A DNA stretch of 64,000 nucleotides from Methanotrichaceae archaeon (lineage in GTDB: Archaea; Halobacteriota; Methanosarcinia; Methanotrichales; Methanotrichaceae), in contig CAWEXU010000013.1 of the NCBI GenBank assembly GCA_963813075.1, forward strand, positions 128,001-192,000, given 5' to 3'. Shown here one piece after another: positions 29,501 to 37,366 of this stretch. The position numbers were made by a program, and so were the translations under genes. The notes below the pieces were generated by a model. That model did no database searches, was not told the origin of the DNA, and saw only the letters and a list, made by a program, of their open reading frames with translations. How positions within the stretch are numbered: the first letter of the stretch is position 1; each line of letters starts with the position of its first letter.

Positions 29501-30196
29501 AGGCAGGTTGACCGCCTCAAGGAAATGGTAATCCTCTGGGACGTCGAAGTGAACCTTGCCAAAAACCACGTTCGGGGTAAAGCGGGCCTGCTGGGAAACA
29601 TCGATGATCATATCATCTTTGCCCAGCGGGTAGACGTTAAACGCAACGCTACTGGCGACAAACTCTTTGCTGCGGGTCAGCTCCTTGAATCGGGCCAGCG
29701 CATGGGTCAGGTCATACGACAGGTAGCCAGCCTGATCGCTGGCCAATGTGCCCAGTGGATAGGTGTACAGTGTTATTTTGTTCGGCTGCGAGCTGGTGGG
29801 AACCTGAAAATGATCCAGCCGGTCTTTGACGATGTCTCTGACCAGGCGTTTCTTATTTTCCTCGGTTTCGGAATTGACCCAATTTCCCTGGATTTTTTCG
29901 AGGATGTCAATATAAAATGCTCGCTTGTCTGGAATATTATTGAAATCCTCCTCTGTAACGCTGGCAGCAATGGCTTCATTAATCCACTGCAATAGATAGG
30001 TGCGGCTGGAATACCACTGGCGGATCGAAGATTCATTCTCCAAAAATTCGATCGGCTCGTCGATGTTGTACGGCGGCTCTTCGGTGGTGATACTGATTTC
30101 GGCGTAGATAGGGATGTTTTTCAGTAAAACGCTGGTGGTTTTGGTAAATAAAACCAGGCTCAGGTGGGTTTGCGTGAACTCCGCAATCGTGGGCAT
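26522..30196 (-). CDS. Large hypothetical protein (~1224 aa), candidate pore-forming/toxin-like
   Basis: Uninterrupted ORF; GGAGGA sits just upstream of MPTIAEF (30196). Motifs YSLPLAPGETRKMAVIDW, VANHNHSHTLTILYYEVLRHY and LPTRGVFAEGKLG..DDTRFWDWQ. Function is inference only. Confidence 0.75.
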   Translation of the reverse strand: MPTIAEFTQTHLSLVLFTKTTSVLLKNIPIYAEISITTEEPPYNIDEPIEFLENESSIRQWYSSRTYLLQWINEAIAASVTEEDFNNIPDKRAFYIDILEKIQGNWVNSETEENKKRLVRDIVKDRLDHFQVPTSSQPNKITLYTYPLGTLASDQAGYLSYDLTHALARFKELTRSKEFVASSVAFNVYPLGKDDMIIDVSQQARFTPNVVFGKVHFDVPEDYHFLEAVNLPSMQNPSLEDWYLSPGSFAVNPAFFIGVDGCENLYPANFATHEFRFFQILRGSKIIIPAETRDEESQVGNQVITKKILVKPEVRTGWSLEYLVSWQPLGHTLGQIIYSLPLAPGETRKMAVIDWARKSIDSRDEDLTVKEQLAHNTHRDRSVSETVDAALREWQRGGSFMGGVAGSYGGGGMGVSGALGGGYSTSSGDRNIHASTAQQISDAFAQASSAVRELRSTIVVQSDQQEQAKAETRVVANHNHSHTLTILYYEVLRHYKVTTQYMRFRPSLLVQYLPVDFLDTNIIYKYRKILESVLLDSRYAGCFDAVQKLVCFTLEFARKTAQAALQPDLNNVNELGPIKLVIKTKTATHGFPSVAVKTKSGERINCLEKDPLWASGFRLAHTDLSLPDFVDDGTTYLVSANYRQAGQENVFNVEPFRKVLWNDIDGIILRVNSQDKGSSSGPSEPWEIEGVQIMTTSGDKVWVMVRSTDVINIPVDAEHLFNLIPYREIPKDPADLLTEAERCCINDLKSHLSANAFHYQKALWLLEDPNERAYRFKDVVSSGTSILDMIDNRAIDVLGDYVVFPARKSFQENEDLNALQPIKVEKLMTLPTRGVFAEGKLGHCNISEEIDDTRFWDWQTSPITEEAPGIDNLNINESRNVSQNLTPTPMPASIVNIVAPQNLPDPTGMAGALNLLGKADIFRDMSVSKEVEDLLEKLADKSVDINQASNKAKEIQQQHKASKNANTPVVVSQPAQQQPSQKTISPAEAQQQIKVSENQAVKGTITKQDNNENVKKAIQQMQGGKAGSDVTVTINFKHSISGPLNGVFNIEFIGPIGDSFTTSTAGGVGAGKVNIQTGAEYTIQIKGTRTRLPLSLDTIARIPSVAGNPAFNIDLSNHVTKREVPIEANIVATITKGRKAINITIVAEEVAKDIKITVKVTGSGTLKADLEGQLGLNLDGLDLGHIKAGTAVETTVGGEAAVELPVEFKRLTGNVTAPKNDLAL

Positions 30197-30828
30197 ATAA
30201 GTTCCTCCATAGATATCGGTTGATTGAGGCTCTTCCAAAATTGCGTCATTTGACGTATTCAGACCACCATATGCAGTGGTTTCCCAAAGAATGTCACACA
30301 TGATGCGCAATTTTGCAACTGGCCCGTTTTTCCAATTTGTGTGATCACTTCCGTTGTCCGAACTTAGAGCAGACAGTTTTCTCTTGTCGAAGCCGAAGTT
30401 CGGCATGCTGCCGTAGTCCAAGCCTAAGCCGTCGTCTTTTTCCTAATTTCTTTTATTCCCTTTTCGCATGGCTATGGCGGTGGATGATCATTGTCAAACC
30501 CTCAGCGGCGCGGCGTCGCAGCATCTGCTGGAAGGTCTAGTGGGGATTCTGACCCTCAATACATCTACATTTGATACTATTCCATAGATTTAAAGCTATT
30601 TATAAGTATTTAAGAGGACTCCTATGAACCTACTTTCCTTAGCTATCGAAAAATTATATAATAATAAAACTATCCATTAAAATGAATTTGCTAACAGCTC
30701 GGGGCCTCCGAGATGCCCAGAGAGCTTCAGAAGTCCTGCAATAATAAAGTTAAATTTGATTGTCGGTATTTATAAGTAATATAAAAGCTATATAATGATT
30801 AATCAAGCAAAAGTTGTGGAGGCTACAT

Positions 30829-32784
30829 ATGACAAATACGGCAATCAAGCTCATGGGGCTGATTGTTCTCTTATCCTGCAGCTGCCAGTCGGCTTATGGC
30901 ATAAGCTTTGGGGCATCGAGCAATGGCGTATCGAACCAGTTCGATGTACAGGCTGATGAATCATCCAGCATCAGCGGAAGTATACTACTGGACAACATGG
31001 GATTGGAGACAGTCTTTTCTGGAAGCAATATCAAGAAGTTCAACCATACTTATGAGTATCCCGATTCAGAAGGGAATAAGGCTATTTTATCGGTTGACCT
31101 GGAGAAGGCAAAGAAAGTTCATCTCTCCGTTTCTCCAGCCGTGGGCTTTGCCGAAGCCTCTGAGACCTTGAGCGTAAAGGATGCAGATTTGATAAAGGCT
31201 GGATCACAAGCCATTACCTCAGAGGGCGATAGCGCTAAGGTGGAACTGAAAATTATTGAAGGATCTCTTCAGGGATACGAGAACTATGCCAATGCTAACC
31301 TGATAAACGACTTTGGCGATAGGGTATTTGTCGCCTGGCAGAGGGCAGATATTGCTTCTGGAGAGATGGTTGAATCCAGCTCACAGGCCGCTTATGGCCC
31401 AGAAGACTCTTCCCTTCCACCTGTATCCCAGGTAAATTCTAAGATGGTGGTGACAGACGGACAAATCAGTGATCTATTCAGTGAAGCGGGAAGACGTACG
31501 GCTTTCTATTCCTGGGATAATGAAAACAATAACGGGTTTAGTACCTATAATCAGATATATGCAAGCCAATCTGCAAGTGCCATAGGCGCAACCGCACGCA
31601 TGGGTAAAAAGCCCTCAACAATTGCGATGGTCTTTAAATCAGAGACTTCCTCCATTGATTCAGAGGGGAATACTGCAGGACTAAGAACATCAGTGCTGGA
31701 GGGGACCATTAACAATTACAGCATTGAGGCCTATGTAGGTTCGCAAGTACGCTCAATTTTGTCCTCTGATGGTTCCTACAGCAATCATGAACTCGATAAT
31801 TACACGTCTACATGGCAGAATACGGGCAATATATCTTCAAATGAATTCAAGACGCAAGTGATCGCTGCGGAAAAAGATAAAAATACCGCCATGCTGGAAA
31901 CATCTTTAATAAACGGTACAGTCAACGGTTACAGCAATGGAGCCGGTGCAGACTCAAGTTACCATTATAATTCTAACGGCTATTTTGAGGCCGCAAGAAA
32001 TGCAAATGCAGATTGGTCTGCTGCGGATGCAGATGCAAGCGATTTTAAAACATTTATGTCCGCTGAGAACGCTGATGGTGATAGAGACATCCTAATGAAT
32101 TCCTTGATTGATGGTGCATTCAATGATCTTTGGAGCAGCAGAATACAGGCATCCACTTATTCATATTTTAATCCGGAAGAGGGTTTCCATAAGCATAAAG
32201 AATTAAGCTCAGAGCAGATTATTGGAGCCTTAAACGCAGGCAGTCTCACAAGCTCTTTGATCGCTTCAGGTACAAATAAAAGCAAGTCGATAGCCAGTTT
32301 AAATGCATCGGATGCATATCTGGAGAACCTATATTCACATAGCATAGTCTCAAATGATGACCCTTACGAAGTCCCAAATACTGAAACCTATAATCAAGCG
32401 GATTTTATCTCCGGAAGCCTGATAGAAGCATTGTCTTATTCTCGAGATCAGATGAACAATGCTACATATGCAGCCATGCGACTGGAGGGCACTGATGATG
32501 CAGATGGATCGACTGCAGTGTATCGCCAAATTGCCCTGACCGCTGGTCCAACTTTCGAGTACTATCCAATCACATTAAGCTGGATAATATCCGTAGAATC
32601 AGCTTCAGGAAACGGAACATTCTATGCTGGGGCCACTGATGGAATGGCAACGAGGAAGCTTATGGTGAGCACAATCCTCGAAAACGAGACATTCACCACC
32701 TTCGGGAGAGTGAGAGACAGCAGTCCTGGCACTTACTTTAGCATACCGGATACGGGGGTCGATCCATATAACTATATTTTTTAA
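30829..32784 (+). CDS. Secreted Ser/Asn-rich protein with internal repeats
   Basis: Signal peptide MTNTAIKLMGLIVLLSCSCQSAYG; recurring block (S/A)EG(D/N)xAxLxxxxxEGxxxxY. Confidence 0.75.
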   Translation: MTNTAIKLMGLIVLLSCSCQSAYGISFGASSNGVSNQFDVQADESSSISGSILLDNMGLETVFSGSNIKKFNHTYEYPDSEGNKAILSVDLEKAKKVHLSVSPAVGFAEASETLSVKDADLIKAGSQAITSEGDSAKVELKIIEGSLQGYENYANANLINDFGDRVFVAWQRADIASGEMVESSSQAAYGPEDSSLPPVSQVNSKMVVTDGQISDLFSEAGRRTAFYSWDNENNNGFSTYNQIYASQSASAIGATARMGKKPSTIAMVFKSETSSIDSEGNTAGLRTSVLEGTINNYSIEAYVGSQVRSILSSDGSYSNHELDNYTSTWQNTGNISSNEFKTQVIAAEKDKNTAMLETSLINGTVNGYSNGAGADSSYHYNSNGYFEAARNANADWSAADADASDFKTFMSAENADGDRDILMNSLIDGAFNDLWSSRIQASTYSYFNPEEGFHKHKELSSEQIIGALNAGSLTSSLIASGTNKSKSIASLNASDAYLENLYSHSIVSNDDPYEVPNTETYNQADFISGSLIEALSYSRDQMNNATYAAMRLEGTDDADGSTAVYRQIALTAGPTFEYYPITLSWIISVESASGNGTFYAGATDGMATRKLMVSTILENETFTTFGRVRDSSPGTYFSIPDTGVDPYNYIF

Positions 32785-32981
32785 ATTCGAAGCTCTTTTG
32801 GGCTTAAGGAAGTGGCATCGGGGCAGGGCAGGACAATACAAATGGGAGGGTTGGGCAAAGTCGATTGAAAACCAGGTAGGAGGAAAAGATGGTCGTGATG
32901 GTTGTGGTCGACTTTCGCCCGCTCTATACTCGTCATTCAACGATATATAAATCTATGGTACAGATCGAGCAAGACCATCAA

Positions 32982-33857
32982 CTAAACAACGCTGACAACT
33001 ACAAACCCGATGACAAAAATCATGGTGGAGAGGTACAGCTGGCGGATCCTCATCCTTCCTTCCTCCGCCCTCCGGCTCGCCATAAGCTTTGAGGCAAAGT
33101 AGAGGATGGCCAGGTCCATGGGCACAAAGACGAATAGCAGAGAGCTTCCAATCCAGCCCATCAGGAATGGAATCATGCTTATCAAGACAAATAGGGAGAA
33201 CAGCAGGCCTGAAAGGCGCAGGGCGTTCTCCCTTCCGTATAGAAGGGCAATGCTCCGGGCTGATCGCTTGCGGTCACCCTCCATATCCATCGCTCCGCCC
33301 GCGATCTCCTCTCCCAGGTCGAAGACGAATACCAGAGCGGCAAAGGTCCAGAGCATGGGATTGTCCAGCCGGCCCACCGCCACTCCACCGAGGACGAAGA
33401 GCTGAGAAAGGCAGAAGGCCACCATCATGTTTCCAAAGAGGCCCGTCTCCTTGTACCGCCAGTTGTAGAGGTTGCTTACAATCCACATGACTAAAGCCAG
33501 AGCAAGGGCGATGGGGCCCAGAAGTCCCGCCGCTACCAGGCCTGCTGCAGAAAAGAGCAATGCCAAAATCATGACCTCATTCGCTGATATCCTTCCGGAT
33601 GGAAGGGGCCTGGTGGGATGATTCACCCGGTCCACCTCCAGATCGAAGTAGTCGTTGGTGATCATGGCAGTGCCGGAGATGAAAAAACCGACCAGAAAGC
33701 CCGGAATTGAGATGGATATGTCGGGCAGTGCCCCTGATGCGATCACCTCGCCGACCACTACGCACACCCCTGCCGCAACCGGCAGCTCGGGCTTGACCAG
33801 ATCGTGCAAGGCTATCGCTTTTGCTGCAACTCCAGTGCCAGGAGAATTGTCGCTCAT
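32982..33857 (-). CDS. UbiA-family prenyltransferase (DGGGP synthase-like)
   Basis: NDYFDLEVDRVNHPTRPLPSG and DMEGD motifs; multiple TM helices. Confidence 0.88.
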   Translation of the reverse strand: MSDNSPGTGVAAKAIALHDLVKPELPVAAGVCVVVGEVIASGALPDISISIPGFLVGFFISGTAMITNDYFDLEVDRVNHPTRPLPSGRISANEVMILALLFSAAGLVAAGLLGPIALALALVMWIVSNLYNWRYKETGLFGNMMVAFCLSQLFVLGGVAVGRLDNPMLWTFAALVFVFDLGEEIAGGAMDMEGDRKRSARSIALLYGRENALRLSGLLFSLFVLISMIPFLMGWIGSSLLFVFVPMDLAILYFASKLMASRRAEEGRMRIRQLYLSTMIFVIGFVVVSVV

Positions 33858-34089
33858 AGTCTTTCGTCTTTATTCCGGCTTAAGAGAGATCTAATGTACT
33901 ATTATGATCAATACATATAAGTTTAGCTCATGGATCATGCTCTTTTGATCTTGACTGTTCTGTCTAGGGGCGATACAAAAGGGAAAAGACCTTATCTTTT
34001 CGTTCGTTATTGCCGGTTCTCAGATGCAGAACCACCATCCAGAGATGCCAGGGCAAAGAGATATATCCAATGAGCCTAATTATAATCCG

Positions 34090-34800
34090 ATGAAACGACT
34101 CAGGGCCTTCGTCTCCGGAAAGGTGCAGATGACTGGCTATCGGGCAAGGGTGGTAAATCTGGCAAATTTTCTCGGGCTGGTGGGATTTGTGCAGAACCTT
34201 CCTGATGGCAGGGTTAAGGTTGTTGCCGAAGGCGAGGAGTCCGTTCTTGAGCGTTTTCTTCACGATCTGCGGATCAATGATCCTCTGATCGATGTGCAGG
34301 ATATTGAGGTTGATTACACCGGCGCTATGGGCGATTTCTTAAGATTTGAAAAGATGGTGGGAACTGGAGAAACTGATCAGCGCCTGGATAAGGCAGCAGA
34401 GCTGCTTAGCGAGCTGATTGTCGTTAACAAGCAAATCGTAGGCCAATTGATCGTAAATAATGAGGTTCTAAAAGATGTCCGGGAAGAGGTCAAAGGATCT
34501 CGCGAGGACATAAGGGCCGTTTATGATGCGGTCAAAGGCGTTCATGAAGAGGTCAAAGGCGTCCGGGATGAGGTTAGAGGATCTCGAGAGGACATAAATA
34601 AAGTCTACGAATCCACCCAGGATATCGCCCAAAAGATCACATCTTCCAGTGAATTGATCGCTGAGAAGATTGACGATGCCAGAGAGGAGATCATCAGCGA
34701 GGTCAAAGAGCTTCGCTCAGATCTGAAGGATGACCTGAAAGAGAGACTGGTCCGAATGGAAGCAGATGTCTCGCAGATAAAAGCCAGAATTGGTCTATAG
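34090..34800 (+). CDS. Acylphosphatase-domain protein with a C-terminal coiled coil
   Basis: SGKVQMTGYR..GFVQNLPDG, followed by heptad repeats (VREEVKG/VHEEVKG/VRDEVRG). Confidence 0.85.
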   Translation: MKRLRAFVSGKVQMTGYRARVVNLANFLGLVGFVQNLPDGRVKVVAEGEESVLERFLHDLRINDPLIDVQDIEVDYTGAMGDFLRFEKMVGTGETDQRLDKAAELLSELIVVNKQIVGQLIVNNEVLKDVREEVKGSREDIRAVYDAVKGVHEEVKGVRDEVRGSREDINKVYESTQDIAQKITSSSELIAEKIDDAREEIISEVKELRSDLKDDLKERLVRMEADVSQIKARIGL

Positions 34801-34881
34801 AGAGTTTGAGAATCTGCCTACCATGTCCTATTATTGAGGGATACAAGGCGTAAAAAAAAAGACTGGATTTCCCGAGTAGCC

Positions 34882-35631
34882 TCAGGAAACCGGCTCAGAG
34901 ATCTGGTAGACAATGGAGATCGAGGCCTCCACAGTAACATTTCTGGGCTGCAATGGTATTGAGATGCTGGAGATCGTATCTTCTGCCTCAAAAACCGCAT
35001 ACTCTGCAGCTGCTGCGTAAGATCTATAGCCCTGGTCGATATTCAGCACTCTGATGATCTGCACACCGGCAGACGAGGCGATGATATCTGCCTTATGCCT
35101 GGCATCGGCCACTGCTTTGGCCAGGGCTTCATCTCTATACTGCTCTGAGTCCTTCAGGCTGTAGCTCACGCTCTTCACGCTGTTAGATCCGGCTTTTATG
35201 GCTGCTCCCAGGATCTTGCCCACATCTTCGCTGGCATTCATGGTCACAGTGACCCTGCTGATGGCGGTATACTCCATTGGCTCTTCCACTCCGGCGATAG
35301 CTTTTATCAGCTCCTCAGATTCAGAGGGCATGGCGAGACTGTACCGGCTGGTCTCAACCTGATCCTCTCGCAAGCCTGCCGAGAGCAGTGCATTGATCGT
35401 CTGGTTCATGAGGATTGCATTCTCTGCAGCAGCGGCATCAGAGCTGGTGTTCTTCGTCTCTACCCCCAGCACAATGGTCACCAAATCAGGAGGTACCGAT
35501 ACCTCGCCGCTTCCACTGACACTCAATTTTGGCACTATTTCATTCGATGCCATCTCATCGGTCTGCGCATATCCGGGAATGGCCAGGACTATCAGCATCA
35601 GTCCCAGGAGTGCTATAATAGATTGTCTCAT
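34882..35631 (-). CDS. SIMPL domain (DUF541) secreted protein
   Basis: Signal peptide; LSVSGSGEVSVPPD and ALAKAVADARHKA motifs. Confidence 0.88.
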   Translation of the reverse strand: MRQSIIALLGLMLIVLAIPGYAQTDEMASNEIVPKLSVSGSGEVSVPPDLVTIVLGVETKNTSSDAAAAENAILMNQTINALLSAGLREDQVETSRYSLAMPSESEELIKAIAGVEEPMEYTAISRVTVTMNASEDVGKILGAAIKAGSNSVKSVSYSLKDSEQYRDEALAKAVADARHKADIIASSAGVQIIRVLNIDQGYRSYAAAAEYAVFEAEDTISSISIPLQPRNVTVEASISIVYQISEPVS

Positions 35632-35820
35632 AGATATCCCAACTAATATTCTGATTGAACACTATTAAGTATTATGGTATTTATTGATTCATATGGATTT
35701 TGTGAATCGATGCCTTCAGAAGTCAATCGTTCATGATTTTGCCAGGGCAAAGGAGCTGATGGCCAAGTAAAGCAGTGTTATTGAGGATGTAAAAATATGG
35801 AAAATAAGGGTCAGTGCGTA

Positions 35821-37233
35821 TTACTTCTCGCACCACGTCCCATCATTTAGCAGCCAGTGGTCCATGTCCGCGGCAGCGATCTTGCCCGCACCCATGGCGC
35901 TGATCACTGTGGCTCCGCCGGTGGTGATGTCGCCGCCTGCCCAGACCCCCTCCATGGTGGTCCTGCCCTTCTCATCCACCACTAAGGTTCCCCATTTGGT
36001 GGTCTTCAGTTGAGGGGTGCTGGAGGCGATAAGAGGATTGGGCACCGTTCCCACAGCGATGACCACGGTATCCACATCCACCATATGCTCTGAGCCTTTC
36101 TTCACCCGGGGGCTTCTCCTGCCGGAGGCATCTGGCTCGCCCAGCTCCATCTGGACCACCTCCATAGAATTGACCATCCCCCGGTGGTCGCCCAAGAACC
36201 GGGTGGGGTTGGTGAGGAAGTCGAATATCACCCCTTCTTCCATGGCGTTCTCCACCTCCTCAAGCCGGGCGGGCATCTCCTCCCGGGAGCGGCGATAGAT
36301 GACGTGCACCTCATCTGCCCCCAGGCGCAATGCCGATCGGGCGGCGTCCATGGCCACATTTCCTCCACCGACCACCGCCACCTTCTTGCCCTTTTTAATG
36401 GGGGTGTCATAATCTGGGAACTTGTAGGCCTTCATCAGGTTGACCCGGGTGAGGTACTCATTGGCCGAATAGATGCCGCTCAGGTTCTCGCCCGGTACAT
36501 TGAGAAATCGCGGTGCTCCGGCTCCGATCCCCAGGAATACCGCATCGTAGTCGCCCTTGAGAAGCTCATCGATCTGGACCTGTTTTCCCACCACCGAATC
36601 CAATTCCAGCTCAGCGCCAAGGGATTTGACATACTCGATCTCCGAGCGGACGATTCCCTTGGGCAGGCGGAACTCGGGAATGCCGTAGACCAGGACTCCT
36701 CCCCCCTCATGCAGGGCCTCGAAGATGGTGACCTTATGGCCCATTCTGGCCAGGTCTGCAGCGCAGGTGAGCCCGGCGGGACCCGATCCCACGACTGCGG
36801 CGCTCTTGCCTGAGGGAGGGAGCAGCTCGCAGGGCGGGCACTTTTTCGTCACCCTCTCCCAATCGGCCACAAATCGCTCCAGCCGACCTATGGCTATGGG
36901 TGCGCCCTTCTTTCCCAGGACGCAGCGGCTCTCGCACTGCACCTCCTGGGGACAGACCCGGCCGCAGATTCCGGGGAGGCTGTTCTTGCCTTTTAGCGAT
37001 AATGCCGCTCCGGGCATATCATTATCCCGCAGGGCGAGGATGAACTCGGGGATGTTCACGCCCACCGGGCAGCCTTCAACGCATTTGGGCTTCTTGCACT
37101 GGATGCACCTTTTCGCCTCTTCCGCCGCCTGCTCTGGAGCGTATCCCAGGGCAACCTCCTCGAAATTGCTCTTCCTCTTCTCTGGAGATTGCTTGGGCAT
37201 CTCCACCCGGTTTAAATTCAACTTTTCTGCCAT
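35821..37233 (-). CDS. NfnB/SudA-like flavo-Fe-S subunit (often annotated as homotetrameric glutamate synthase)
   Basis: EAKRCIQCKKPKCVEGCPV, ICGRVCPQEVQCE, VGSGPAG, YGIPEFRLP, VVGGGNVAMDAAR and AGGDITTG motifs. Start MAEKL inferred. Confidence 0.9.
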   Translation of the reverse strand: MAEKLNLNRVEMPKQSPEKRKSNFEEVALGYAPEQAAEEAKRCIQCKKPKCVEGCPVGVNIPEFILALRDNDMPGAALSLKGKNSLPGICGRVCPQEVQCESRCVLGKKGAPIAIGRLERFVADWERVTKKCPPCELLPPSGKSAAVVGSGPAGLTCAADLARMGHKVTIFEALHEGGGVLVYGIPEFRLPKGIVRSEIEYVKSLGAELELDSVVGKQVQIDELLKGDYDAVFLGIGAGAPRFLNVPGENLSGIYSANEYLTRVNLMKAYKFPDYDTPIKKGKKVAVVGGGNVAMDAARSALRLGADEVHVIYRRSREEMPARLEEVENAMEEGVIFDFLTNPTRFLGDHRGMVNSMEVVQMELGEPDASGRRSPRVKKGSEHMVDVDTVVIAVGTVPNPLIASSTPQLKTTKWGTLVVDEKGRTTMEGVWAGGDITTGGATVISAMGAGKIAAADMDHWLLNDGTWCEK

Positions 37234-37366
37234 CTCTTCCACACCGCGCCTCAGAGGCTGTGATCTCTTAAGGCTGAGCATCGCCCTGCTATATAAAAAA
37301 GATTTTCCTTTCAGAGCAACCTACTAATACGATCAATCCGCATCACCTTCTGGCGCGGTTGGGAAC

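Noticed and set aside
30197..30421. 75-aa N-terminal extension of the large ORF
   Set aside because: TTG start without a clear RBS, whereas GGAGGA precedes the ATG at 30196. It may be a remnant of an upstream gene.
32853..32920. Miniature inverted-repeat element (gggcaaagtcga / tcgactttcgccc)
   Set aside because: Short, imperfect and single-copy in the window, with no target-site duplication seen. More likely a hairpin between convergent genes.
35821..37233. Functional glutamate synthase
   Set aside because: No glutaminase/FMN large subunit is nearby, and the presence of a SudB/NfnA partner favours an Nfn/Sud-type assignment.
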